Assembly (NCBI GenBank): GCA_001600695.1
Contig: BCKQ01000017.1
Coordinates: 96,609-160,608 of the forward strand
Direction of reading: 5' to 3'
From: Ascoidea asiatica JCM 7603
Taxonomy: Eukaryota; Fungi; Ascomycota
DNA length: 64,000 nucleotides
Shown here: piece by piece, positions 1 through 10,737 of the stretch
Layout of the letters: the number at the start of each line of letters is the position of its first letter
How positions within the stretch are numbered: the stretch's first letter is position 1
Notes under the pieces: model-generated
What the model was told of the DNA's origin: nothing
The model's input: the letters and a program-made list of their open reading frames with translations, nothing else
The model's database searches: none
Position numbers and translations under genes: made by a program

Positions 1-1703
1 ATTTTTGATTTTGAATTTAAAGATTCATTAATTGAAATAAATTTTGCATTTTCTAAAGATTTTGAAAAACCTGTTGATAAATAAATATTATTAAAATATA
101 AATCAACTTTATATAAATTATTTTTAAAATTAGTTTTAAATTCTGGATTTAAATTTTTAAAAGAATTGATTAATTTCAATTTTGTTGATTTTAAAATTGA
201 TAAATTCAAGTCATATTGTGATCCATTGAAATAATTATCTTCTAAATTTATTGATTTTAAATTGTTATTATTTTCATTTTCATTATCGTTATCATTATCA
301 TTATCATTATCATTATCACTTTTATTATTATTATCACTATCACTATCGGTATCATTATCGCTATTTAAATCACTATCAGTAATTATATCATTGTCATTAT
401 CAACATCAATAGCAGCGTTACTTTTATTATTATTATTATTATTATGTGTATTATGGAATTTTTTAAAATAACTATTTCTGAACTCAAATTTGAAATAATT
501 TAAGGGAATTTTAAAATTACCTAAAGATCTAATATTTTTATTAAAAAGTAAAATTAAAGATTGTATGATATTATATGAAATATTAATTGATTGTAAAAAA
601 GAAAATTTTGATAAATTAATTATAAAAATTGAACCAAAAAATGAAAGAAAAATATTTGAATAAATTTGTAATAAATTTTTTTTTTTATTATTATAAATAT
701 CATTATAAGTTATAAATAATTTATCAAAATTAAAATTATTAATATTATAAAAATTTTTAAGTATATTATTAATTAAAATATCTAATTTAAAAATGAAAAA
801 AAAATTAGATAAGAATTTTTGATTTTTTAAAAATTTTAAATCATTTAATAATTGATTTTGATTTGCAGTATTATAAAAATTTTTTGAATAATAATTATAA
901 TGAATTAAAAAATCAAATAATTTTTTTGAAAAATTTAATAATTTTTTATTATTAATTGAATAAGTTTTAAAATCAATATTTGATATTTTAAAATTATTTA
1001 AATTAAAAGATAATAAATTTAAAAAATTTTCAGAAAATAAAGAATTTTTAATTTTTTTAATTGTATCAAAATCATTAATATTTTGATATTCATAAATAAT
1101 TTTATTAATTATTTGAATTGGATCATTAATTTGTTGTAAATTTGAATTTGTTGTAAAATGAGAAGAAACTGAAGTATTTGAAGAACCTAAAGTTTGATCA
1201 GTAATATGAGAATTTTGAGAATTTTTGGAATTAATTGAATTAATTGAATTATTAAAACTATAAGAATAATTTTGATTTTTTAATGGAATTGAAATTGGAA
1301 TTTGATTTTGAATTGGAAATTTATTTGAAAATTGAGTTGGAAATTCAGAATCATCTCTAATAATATAATGATCATCTAAAAGTTTAATTTGTAAAGAATT
1401 TAATTTTAAATCATAATTCATAATTTGTTTTAAAATACCTAATTTATTATCTTTAACAAAAGTAACTAATTGAGTAGCTAATTGAATTTGAGGAGATTTT
1501 AAAATTTCATATAATTTATTAAATTTATAATTACTATTTGAATCATCAGTTGAATTTTTTAAATTATTTAAAGTATTAATTTCTTCATCAATATCTGATT
1601 TTATTGGACATTTTTTAATCATAATTTGAATAGATTTTTGTAAATTATTTATTGCTCTTTGAATGCATAAAGCTTCATTAAAACTTAAAAATAAATCATC
1701 CAT
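1..1703 (-). CDS. Rnt1/Dcr1-family protein (N-terminal domain + degenerate RNase III domain + dsRBD), Cdl1-like; 3' end lies outside the window
   Basis: Manual translation from ATG at 1703 is open to position 1 (MDDLFLSFNEALCIQRAINNLQKSIQIMIKKCP...PQIQLATQLVTFVKDNKLGILKQIMNYD resembles the Rnt1 NTD; LQIYSNIFLSFFGSI resembles KLYADVFEAYIGGL; YKVDLYFNNIYLSTGFSKSLENAKFISINESL is dsRBD-like). Absent from the ORF track because it has no stop in the window. Confidence 0.75.
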   Translation of the reverse strand, partial: MDDLFLSFNEALCIQRAINNLQKSIQIMIKKCPIKSDIDEEINTLNNLKNSTDDSNSNYKFNKLYEILKSPQIQLATQLVTFVKDNKLGILKQIMNYDLKLNSLQIKLLDDHYIIRDDSEFPTQFSNKFPIQNQIPISIPLKNQNYSYSFNNSINSINSKNSQNSHITDQTLGSSNTSVSSHFTTNSNLQQINDPIQIINKIIYEYQNINDFDTIKKIKNSLFSENFLNLLSFNLNNFKISNIDFKTYSINNKKLLNFSKKLFDFLIHYNYYSKNFYNTANQNQLLNDLKFLKNQKFLSNFFFIFKLDILINNILKNFYNINNFNFDKLFITYNDIYNNKKKNLLQIYSNIFLSFFGSIFIINLSKFSFLQSINISYNIIQSLILLFNKNIRSLGNFKIPLNYFKFEFRNSYFKKFHNTHNNNNNNKSNAAIDVDNDNDIITDSDLNSDNDTDSDSDNNNKSDNDNDNDNDNDNENENNNNLKSINLEDNYFNGSQYDLNLSILKSTKLKLINSFKNLNPEFKTNFKNNLYKVDLYFNNIYLSTGFSKSLENAKFISINESLNSKSK

Positions 1704-2982
1704 TTTTTGATATATTAAATATATTAAATATATTAAACAAATTCAATGGATTTGATTTGCTTTTTTAAAAAAAAAATAAAGTTGATTTACAAGTTGAGTT
1801 ATTTCAATAATAATCTTATTGAAATTGAAATTAATACTGATAATAAAATGAATGAATTGATTTACTTGTGATTACTTCTTTTATCAATTGATGATATTCG
1901 ATATTAGATATTTGATAGTGGATGGAAAAAGAAATACAATACAATAAAATAAAAAAAGGTGAAATGATTAAAAAGACAATTTGTCAAAAGTCTGTTTTCT
2001 TGTTTATATTTGGTGTTTATTCTTGTTGTTTTGGTAAAATGACAATGAGAAATTGAGATTCGTGAGATTTAAGATTGAGTCTGAGACTGAGATTGAGGAA
2101 AGTTGGAGAGTGGCGACTAGTGGCGACTAGTGGCAAATTAAAGTGGCTAGGGTACATGGCGCATAGAAGGTAGGGTAAGTATTTTAGCCACAGTATAACC
2201 TCAAAAACTATATGTTCAAAGAAGTACAAAAATGCTAGTGAATGTGAGTCCATTATGATGGGGTTATAGTCCTAATTTGGAAATGAAATTAAATAATTCT
2301 AATGTGTCACGTGGACAAATTTGTTAGATAACCGTTATTGAGAGTAGAACTGGCTAGAACAAAAGAAAAAGGATTTTCCCGAGAAACAAGAGCAAAACCC
2401 AGCAAAAAAGAAACACCAGTGCAGTGGTGCAGTGGTGATTGGTGATGATTAGTGCTGGAATGGAGTCTAACTTTACACACGCCAAACGCAGAAAAGCAGC
2501 GACTGCGGTGTCTGTAGCAGTGTTTGTTAGCAACAGAGCCGTTCCGTTTAGCTATTCTGGATGGGTCCCGGGCTGGTGTCTCTGCGGAGATTGCAATTAT
2601 GAGGTTACGGAAGTGCACACTCATGAAACAGATCTCATGCTGCGACAACCAGAACTGGATCCCGGTGCCAGTTGCACAAGCAAGTCCCGTGATAGAACAG
2701 TGCTGCATCTAAGCGAGTCTGTTTCTTCTGTGCCCAGAATTTCGGTTGCTTAAGGTTTGGGAGGTGGTCTGCTGCTGCTTTCTGCTGCACCACTGCCCCT
2801 GTGCCGGCGTGGGCCTCTGGCGTGCGCGAAGATAAAATTAGCTCTGGCTCGCGTTTCTTTTGGTTTCTTTTGCTTTGCAGCTGAGATTTTCATTTATTTT
2901 CATTTTGTGTATGTTCTGGCACAGATCTCAAACTGCTATTAATATTACTGCTCTTTTATTACTGCCATTACTCTCTCTTCTG

Positions 2983-3034
<52 letters not shown>
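2983..3034 (+). repeat. (CTA)n microsatellite
   Basis: About 17 tandem CTA units upstream of KRE9. Confidence 0.9.
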
Positions 3035-3036
<2 letters not shown>

Positions 3037-3556
3037 TTACTACTCTTATTATTACTGCTTCTTTTGATTCAGAACTCTAAAAAAATATTTATTTCAGATA
3101 ACGTTAAGAATCCTCGATCAATTTATTGGTACTACGACAAGAACTACAAAAACTACAAGAAGCTATTGCAAATTATTACTATTGCAAAATATTATTTCAA
3201 AAATGATTCTTTTTTCTAACAAGCTTTTCTCTATCTGCAAATCAATAATTTGATTTGACTTATTACTTATCCTTTTCACTTTCTACTTTCCACTTTTTTC
3301 ACTATTTATTCTTTTCTCATTTCTTATTAAATTTCTTTTCTTTTTCTTTTTCTCATTGGTATTCATAATATCTATCCTATTTTTTATCCTATTCTATATC
3401 TTTCAAAAAGAAATATACTTATTTCTATTTCAATATTTCATTTCATTTCTTTAAATTCAATTCAATTCAATTCAATTCATTTCAATTCATTTCATCTCAT
3501 TTTAGTTCATCTCAATTCAATTACTCACACTATCACATAAACAAATAATTCAAATA

Positions 3557-4483
3557 ATGTTAATCATATATTCAATTATATTTTTCATTCAATTATTCAA
3601 ATTATCTTTAGCTGATATAAGTATTTCAACTCCTGCAAAATCAAAAACTTTCACAGTTTCAAATAGTATTGCAACTGTTCCTATAACTTGGACTGATTCA
3701 TCTTCTTCTCCTTCTATTTCTGATATCACTTCATATACTTTTTCTTTATGTACTGGTTCAAATGATGATATTACAGTTTTAGAAATTATTGCTTCTTCTT
3801 TATCTTTATCAACTAATTCTTATTCTGCTTTAATTTCTAATTCTATTGGTAAAGATGGTGTTTATTTTATTCAAATTTATGCTTTATTTTCAACTGGTAC
3901 TTCGACTCATTATACAAATAGATTTAAATTATCTGGAATGTCTGGAACTGTAGTAACTTCAGGTTCTTTATCTGATGATCCTCCTTCTTCTGAAGTTTCT
4001 TCTATTTCATCTACAATATCTGAAACTTCTTCCGATTCTTCAACTTCAATTGAAGATGATTCATCTACAACTTCAACAACTTCAATATCTCAAAATCCTT
4101 TAACAACAATGGATACTTCTGCAAGTTTTTCTCTTCCATATACTTTACAAACTGGTTCTTATAGATTTGCTCCAATGCAAACTCAACCAGGTTCAACTAT
4201 AACTGCAACAACTTGGTCAAGAAAATTTCCAACAAGTTCTGTAACTTATTATTCAACAATAAAACCATCTCCTGTAGTTTATTCAACTTTAACTCCAGGT
4301 TGGTCATATTCAAGAACTTCATACTTTAATTATGCAACTCCACAACCAAATCCAAGTCAAAATGGTGGTTGGTATGTGGCTTCTGAAAAAATTAAAAAAC
4401 CAACAAAAATGAATACTGCAACTTTAAAAAAAAGATCTTGGTATTATAATCATTATAATGATTATAATAATTATTATTATTAA
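3557..4483 (+). CDS. KRE9: Kre9/Knh1 beta-1,6-glucan synthesis protein
   Basis: Signal peptide, YTFSLCTGSN, HYTNRFKLSGMSG, Ser/Thr linker, FSLPYTLQTG..RFAPMQTQPG C-terminal Kre9 domain. Confidence 0.93.
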   Translation: MLIIYSIIFFIQLFKLSLADISISTPAKSKTFTVSNSIATVPITWTDSSSSPSISDITSYTFSLCTGSNDDITVLEIIASSLSLSTNSYSALISNSIGKDGVYFIQIYALFSTGTSTHYTNRFKLSGMSGTVVTSGSLSDDPPSSEVSSISSTISETSSDSSTSIEDDSSTTSTTSISQNPLTTMDTSASFSLPYTLQTGSYRFAPMQTQPGSTITATTWSRKFPTSSVTYYSTIKPSPVVYSTLTPGWSYSRTSYFNYATPQPNPSQNGGWYVASEKIKKPTKMNTATLKKRSWYYNHYNDYNNYYY

Positions 4484-4967
4484 ATATTACCTCATCATAT
4501 TAAATCTTTAATTTAATTCATTATTATACTATACTATATTAATAATCATTTAATATAATAATTCCATTTCATTCCTTTATCTTTATCTTTATCTTTATCT
4601 TTATCTTTTTTTTTCTCTTTTTTTCTCCTCTTTTTTTTTTTCTTTATATAAAATTCATTGCTTACATTAGAAATATCATTATCATCATTATTGTCTTTTT
4701 TTCAATATTTTTTTAACATTTTTTTAATCATCGGGAGTATCTTGTAATTTTTTATTTCTTTTTCTTTTTCATTTTTTTTTCAATTAATTGAATCATTTTA
4801 AAACTTATCATTCTTGATAATTTCATTTTTTTTTAATAAAATATCAATGCAAATATACACAATTATATAAAAAAGTAAGTAATTTTATTATCATCATCAT
4901 CAATACTGTATTAAGTATTAAGTATTAAGTATTATATTCAAAAGTATAAGCCATTAATATAACATAT

Positions 4968-4977
4968 GTCACGTGAC
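4968..4977. promoter_or_regulatory. Cbf1-type E-box palindrome GTCACGTGAC upstream of MRP49
   Basis: Perfect RTCACGTGAY about 200 bp upstream of the ATG in a very AT-rich context. Confidence 0.6.
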
Positions 4978-5114
4978 TGAATAACTTTCATAAATTTTAT
5001 CAATAAAATCAATAAATTTCAATTTCAATATACTCGCTGATTCAATAGAATAAAATATTATTGATATCAATACTGAAATTGATATTTACTCCAAATTATA
5101 TATCGACAAAGAAA

Positions 5115-5145
<31 letters not shown>

Positions 5146-5180
5146 ATCAAAAGATAATAATACAAATATAACATTTCAAT

Positions 5181-5657
5181 ATGCCGGTTGGAAAATTTAC
5201 AAATCAAATGTTTAAAAACATTCCAAAAACTTCAATTTCAAGACAATTTGCAAGATTAAATTTAATTTCTAATGGTCCATTATCTTATAAAATAAATTCT
5301 CAAAAGAAACTAAAAAGTATAGATTTAATATTTAAACAATTAAATAAAGGTGGTCATATGGGTATAAGAAAATTTTGGTCAAATTATTTACCTTCTTTAC
5401 AATTTTATAATCCTGATTTAAATATTAATGTTACAAGAGTTAAAATTGGTACAAAAAAAGGTGAAAAAATTAAAAAATTTATTGATAAAGTACCTTGTGA
5501 ATTAAAAATTAATTTTTTTAATGGTAAACAACATAAAATTAATTGTAAAAATAAACATTCTGATGAAATTATGAAAGAATTTATTAATGAAACAAATCTT
5601 GAAAAAATTCCAAAAAATAAATTAATGATTTTATCGAATCCAAATTCTTCTCATTGA
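5181..5657 (+). CDS. MRP49: Mitochondrial ribosomal protein mL61 (L51/S25/CI-B8 domain)
   Basis: GHMGIRKFW..YLPSLQFYNP and CKNKHSDEI motifs. Confidence 0.88.
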   Translation: MPVGKFTNQMFKNIPKTSISRQFARLNLISNGPLSYKINSQKKLKSIDLIFKQLNKGGHMGIRKFWSNYLPSLQFYNPDLNINVTRVKIGTKKGEKIKKFIDKVPCELKINFFNGKQHKINCKNKHSDEIMKEFINETNLEKIPKNKLMILSNPNSSH

Positions 5658-5864
5658 AGTAATTTATCAGTATATAGATATTTCTTGTATTTAAGTAATA
5701 GGTTAACAAACAAACAAACAAACAAATAAATAAATAAATAGATTTTTGATTTTTTTTTATTACAAAATTTAAATTACAATATATACAAATATATATTTAT
5801 ATTGTATATTTTCAAATTGATCATTTTTAATAGTTATTATTTACAGGATAATAAATTTATTCTC

Positions 5865-6266
5865 TCATACAACTTTTGGAGCAATTGAAGCAATTTTATT
5901 ATAATTTTTAAGCTTAACTTCTTTTGCAACACAACTACTTATTCTTGTTCCTATTGGATCATTATTACTTTTATTAATTAATACACATGCATTATCATCA
6001 AATTTAACAATTGATCCATCTTTTCTTCTAAAATTTTGTCTCTGTCTTACAACAACTGCATGAACAATATCACCTCTTTTAACTCTATTTGCACTATTTG
6101 CTCCAGATATTTGACTTGTAACTGGTTTTGCTTTTTGAATAACAACTACAACTCTATCTCCAAGTCTTGCACAATTCATTGGTGATTTCCTCATAACTTT
6201 AATACATTCGGCAAGTTGAGCACCTGAATTATCTATCACCTTTAACATAGTTTTCAAATAAATCAT
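5865..6266 (-). CDS. MRPL38: Mitochondrial ribosomal protein uL14m
   Basis: [24 protein letters not shown]...[10 protein letters not shown]...IASIAPKVV, classic L14. Confidence 0.97.
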   Translation of the reverse strand: MIYLKTMLKVIDNSGAQLAECIKVMRKSPMNCARLGDRVVVVIQKAKPVTSQISGANSANRVKRGDIVHAVVVRQRQNFRRKDGSIVKFDDNACVLINKSNNDPIGTRISSCVAKEVKLKNYNKIASIAPKVV

Positions 6267-6684
6267 CTTGTCTATTGATATTCCTTACTTTCAATATTAT
6301 ATTCTTAAAACTAATAATTATTGATTATTTATTATTAATTATCATTTCTTAAAAGACTTCTCTCACTTTGACAATAATTTCTTATAAATCAATTTCAATT
6401 ACTGTAAAATATTTCCAGAGAACGCATTGAATTCATTTTTCAATAGGGCAGGGTAACCCGTTTATTTAATACTTGTAAGTTTCCCATATATATTTCTCAA
6501 GTTACTGCATTTATTGATGATTGAAATGAACAAAATCTACAAAAGAACCATTAAAAAAATATAAAAATATAAAAATATAAAATATAAAAATAAATTATGT
6601 ATAAAAACATTACATAAATTTATATATGATTATTACAGATTACATTTGAGTATAGACAAAATAACATTATAAGTATTTTTATGA

Positions 6685-9600
6685 TTACACCTCCGCCTGT
6701 ATATTATTCTGTTGTCCCAAATTTTGATTTTCATTTATTGCATTTGTTAGTTTTTCTTTTAAATTTTGACCCAAAGGCTCTTCTTTATTTTCATTTTGAC
6801 CTATCAACTGATTCACATCAGGTTGTGTATCTTGTCCAAATAATATTTCTTGATTTGAATCTGGTTTTGGTTCAGCTATTTGATTTTCTTTTAGCTGGGT
6901 ATCTTCTCCAAACACTTGATTGGAATTTTCTATTTGTCCTTCAATATTATTAGAATGCTCTCCAGGTACTAGATTATTCAGATTATCTTGTCCAAATAAT
7001 TGTTCAGTTTCTTGTCCAAATATTTTTTCTTCTACTGGAGAATCAGGAATAGGTATTTGTTCTCCTTGTTCTTTAGCTATTTCTGCATCTTTATTTCCCT
7101 GTAATGCAACGTCTCCTTCTTGGTTCAAAGGCTTTTCAATTTCAATATCATTTTCTTTTTCATTTTGAATATTTTCTGAATTTTCTTTTGAAACTTGTTC
7201 TTGTTTTTGACCTAAAATTAATTCTTGAAGTTGTAAAATTTTCTCTTCAAGAGCCAGTAGTTTTCCATCATCGACATTATCCTTTGGTTGATTCTGATTC
7301 TCTTGATTTGATTCGTTTTCATTTCCTTCTCTAGATTGTTCTTGTTCTTCTTGTTTGGGTTCTTCTCTATTCTCTTCATTAGGTTCCTCCTTTGGTTCTT
7401 CCTTTGATTCCTCTTTAGGTTCTTCTTGAGGCTCTTCCTTAGGTTCTTCCTTAGGAGGCTCTTCTTTGGGTGGCTCTTCATTTCGTTGTTCTTGACTTGG
7501 TTGTTCTTCCCCTTCTTCATTTTCAACAATAGGAATGTATGGTTTTGGCAAATCATTATCTAACATATATAAATAAAAATCTTCACCATAATTTGATAAG
7601 TCGATTAAATTATTTAAAGGGTCCTTTTCATCTTCTTTATAAGTATATTCTTGACCTGAAATAAATGCATAATGCTCTTCTAAAAGACCATTAAGTTTTA
7701 AATACTCAATTAAAACATTATGATTTTGATTAAATAATACCAAATAATCTTCGTCATCAATAAATTCTTTTTCATCTTGAAAATTTTTAGTGAAATCATT
7801 TAATTCTTTTCTATATTTATCACCTAATAAAACTAATTTATCTAATTTTTTAGCAATTTCATATTCAACCAGTTCTATACTTAATGGTGCCATATTTGCA
7901 TCATTTGCTTCATTAATTCTATCAATATTACCATTGAAAAAACCTTTTAAAATAAGTTGAATAGCACTTGGATCTAGCCATTGACCTATTTTTTTAAAGA
8001 AAAAATTATCTTTAAATTCAATTTTCAAAGACTCATGTCTATATTCCCTTTTTAATAAAGTTTTATATTGATTTGGTACCAATGCAGTTCCACCAGAAAC
8101 TAATTTAGTTTTTTTAAAAGGAACAATTTCATCATAAGATACAAAATGATTATTTCTACAATTAAAAATTTGTAATCTTAAATTTCTTTGTAAAAAAATT
8201 TGTTCAAATTCTTTTGTATTTTGTAATAATTCAAGATATGCACTATTATAACCAACATCATTTTTAACTTTTTTAAATTGTTCTTCAAATTTTTGATCCA
8301 TAAATTGAAAAGTTTCAAAATTTAATTTTGTTCTATATCTTGTTGGAGTTCTAGTATTTGATAAACTTAAACCAGTTAAATCAATATAAAAACCCGTTCT
8401 AACATCAATGAATCTTGCATCAATTCTATTTAAACCAGCTTCTTTTTCTCTTCTAGACATATAAGTATTACAATCTAAATAGTATTCTCCAAAACCTTGA
8501 GTAACATCTTCCATAATAATAGTATTATTATAATTAAGACAAAGTCTATTTAAATCTCTTATAGATAATTGTAAATCAATATCATCTTCCCAAGGAAAAT
8601 TTGCATTTCCAAAATACCAAGATAATAAAGTACCATGACCTAACCAACTTTTAATTGAAATTGCTTCAGTAAATTTGAACCAATTTTTAAGCATTTTTTC
8701 TAGAGCTATTTTTTGTTGTTCTTCATTAAAAGATATACCTTGAAAGAAACGCCAATCAAAATGAGAACCATCTAATTGTTTTTTTTTATTTTTTTTATCT
8801 TTTTCTTGATCTTTATTTTTTTTTGGAGGTTTTGGTAATTGAACTTCATGAAAATATTTTCCAGGATTTAAATTAAAAGTTGAAAATTTTAAAGATCTAT
8901 AATAATTTAATTGATTTGGAGTTAAAAGATCTCTTAATTTTAATAATCTCATATTATCCATTCTTTGAATTAAATTATCACTACTAATTGATTTATCTAA
9001 AATTAAATTTTTTTTAATTTCTTCTTCATCAACTAATTTTTCAAATAATTTGATAACTTTTGGAGCATTAAAATAAAAAGAATCAATAGAAATTGAATAT
9101 GGATTATTATGATGATCAGTACTAAATTCTTTTTCAATTTGATTAAAAATTAATTTATTTTTATTATTATTCATATCATAACCAGGAGGTTTATTTGTAT
9201 TTATAGTTATATCTTCATTTAAATCTTTTTTTGTATCAATTAAATAATCAGTTATTGCTTCAAATTCTTTTAATGGATCAACAAAAACATCAGAATTTTG
9301 ATCAAAATTTGGGTGTAATTTATAATAATTTGAAAGATATTTACTTATATAACCATTTTCTAATAATCTTTCACTTTTTATAATATTATTTTTTTCATCT
9401 TTATTTAAAAAATCATATGGTTCTGAATCTAATCTTTCAGGAATTTTAAAATTGATTTCAAATCTTTTTGAAAGTAATTTATCATTTAATAAAGTCATTT
9501 TAAATGGACGTACAGCATAATTATTAACATTATTATAATTATAAAGATAAGATTTACCTTCCATAACTTCTTTTTCAGGTAATCTTCTTTGATCAGTTGC

Positions 9601-10737
9601 ATTAAATATAACAAAACCTAAGAATGGTTGAACATTTTTATCTAAATAATTATAAAATTTTTTTAAATCACCAATTTCTTTTTTTCTATAAAAATCATGT
9701 AAAAAATAAAAAAAATCATGATCTTTACAAAATGGATGAGATGTTTGTCTTGCAGGAATTTTTAATTTATTATCTAAATTAATATAATTATTTTGAATTA
9801 TATCAGTTTTTGATAAAGAAGGATAATTATTAAAATGAAAAGATTGAAAAAGATCTGGATTTAAATTTAAATCATTTAAAATTTGATTTAATTTTAAATT
9901 ATCATAATTATCTAAAGTTGATAAATCATTATCTAATAACATAAAACATGAGGAAGTTTTATTAAAAATTTCTATAATTCTTGACATATCTAAATCATTA
10001 TTTTCAGAATTTGGATTTTGTAAAAAATTAAATAAATTATATTGTATATAAAAAAAATAATTAATTTGATTATTTAAAATTGATAAATCAACAAAATCAT
10101 ACCAATTAAAAGGTAAAAATAATTGATTTGGATTTAAAGCATTATTTGAAATTAAATTTAATTTTATATCATTTAAATATATACCTAAAGTTAATTTATA
10201 ATCATAATTTGTTGTTAAAGGTAAAACTCTATTAAGAGAATTATAATTATTTTTTAAATTTAAAAAATTATTAATATAAAATTTATTAATTTTTGTTAAA
10301 GATCTTAAATTTGATTTCATATAATTAAATAAATTATTAATTTTATTAATAATAATTGGATTTGATTTTATTAAGAAATTAATTTTTTTATTAAAAGTAA
10401 TTTTTAAATTTTTATTATTAAATAATTTAAAAAATTTAAATTCATTTATTTGATTTTTTTGATCATTATCATTAAAATAATTTAAAATTAAATCATTTTT
10501 TATTGATTTTTTTTGATTTATTAAATTTTCATTAAATTTATTAATATTATTTAATTTATTATTTACTTTATAATTTAATGGTTTTTTATTATTGTTAATA
10601 TTAATATTAAAATTTGATAAATAATTTAATTTTGAATCAGAAGATAAAGAGAAATTTAAGAAAAGTAAAAAAGCTAGTATTGAAGAATAAGTTAATATTC
10701 TAAATAATTTTTTACTATTACGACGAGATCGAGCCAT
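6685..10737 (-). CDS. MNN4: Mnn4-like LicD-family mannosylphosphorylation protein (paralog A)
   Basis: Type II N-terminal TM; LPFNWYDFVDLS; GSHFDWRFF; WLGHGTLLSWY..FPWEDDIDLQ; NRIDARFIDV.TG.YIDLTGL; NCRNNHF; acidic repetitive tail. Confidence 0.88.
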   Translation of the reverse strand: MARSRRNSKKLFRILTYSSILAFLLFLNFSLSSDSKLNYLSNFNININNNKKPLNYKVNNKLNNINKFNENLINQKKSIKNDLILNYFNDNDQKNQINEFKFFKLFNNKNLKITFNKKINFLIKSNPIIINKINNLFNYMKSNLRSLTKINKFYINNFLNLKNNYNSLNRVLPLTTNYDYKLTLGIYLNDIKLNLISNNALNPNQLFLPFNWYDFVDLSILNNQINYFFYIQYNLFNFLQNPNSENNDLDMSRIIEIFNKTSSCFMLLDNDLSTLDNYDNLKLNQILNDLNLNPDLFQSFHFNNYPSLSKTDIIQNNYINLDNKLKIPARQTSHPFCKDHDFFYFLHDFYRKKEIGDLKKFYNYLDKNVQPFLGFVIFNATDQRRLPEKEVMEGKSYLYNYNNVNNYAVRPFKMTLLNDKLLSKRFEINFKIPERLDSEPYDFLNKDEKNNIIKSERLLENGYISKYLSNYYKLHPNFDQNSDVFVDPLKEFEAITDYLIDTKKDLNEDITINTNKPPGYDMNNNKNKLIFNQIEKEFSTDHHNNPYSISIDSFYFNAPKVIKLFEKLVDEEEIKKNLILDKSISSDNLIQRMDNMRLLKLRDLLTPNQLNYYRSLKFSTFNLNPGKYFHEVQLPKPPKKNKDQEKDKKNKKKQLDGSHFDWRFFQGISFNEEQQKIALEKMLKNWFKFTEAISIKSWLGHGTLLSWYFGNANFPWEDDIDLQLSIRDLNRLCLNYNNTIIMEDVTQGFGEYYLDCNTYMSRREKEAGLNRIDARFIDVRTGFYIDLTGLSLSNTRTPTRYRTKLNFETFQFMDQKFEEQFKKVKNDVGYNSAYLELLQNTKEFEQIFLQRNLRLQIFNCRNNHFVSYDEIVPFKKTKLVSGGTALVPNQYKTLLKREYRHESLKIEFKDNFFFKKIGQWLDPSAIQLILKGFFNGNIDRINEANDANMAPLSIELVEYEIAKKLDKLVLLGDKYRKELNDFTKNFQDEKEFIDDEDYLVLFNQNHNVLIEYLKLNGLLEEHYAFISGQEYTYKEDEKDPLNNLIDLSNYGEDFYLYMLDNDLPKPYIPIVENEEGEEQPSQEQRNEEPPKEEPPKEEPKEEPQEEPKEESKEEPKEEPNEENREEPKQEEQEQSREGNENESNQENQNQPKDNVDDGKLLALEEKILQLQELILGQKQEQVSKENSENIQNEKENDIEIEKPLNQEGDVALQGNKDAEIAKEQGEQIPIPDSPVEEKIFGQETEQLFGQDNLNNLVPGEHSNNIEGQIENSNQVFGEDTQLKENQIAEPKPDSNQEILFGQDTQPDVNQLIGQNENKEEPLGQNLKEKLTNAINENQNLGQQNNIQAEV

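Noticed and set aside
262-471. 69-aa Leu/Ser ORF on the + strand
   Set aside because: Antisense shadow of the DSD/DNE/poly-N spacer of the real minus-strand gene.
2017-3219. Overlapping short ORFs, including the poly-Leu ORF
   Set aside because: Produced by the GC island and the (CTA)n repeat; non-host codon usage and no domains.
4968-5110. Possible point centromere (CDEI-like GTCACGTG followed by AT-rich DNA)
   Set aside because: No CDEIII CCGAA core at a suitable spacing, and the same motif recurs in many promoters.
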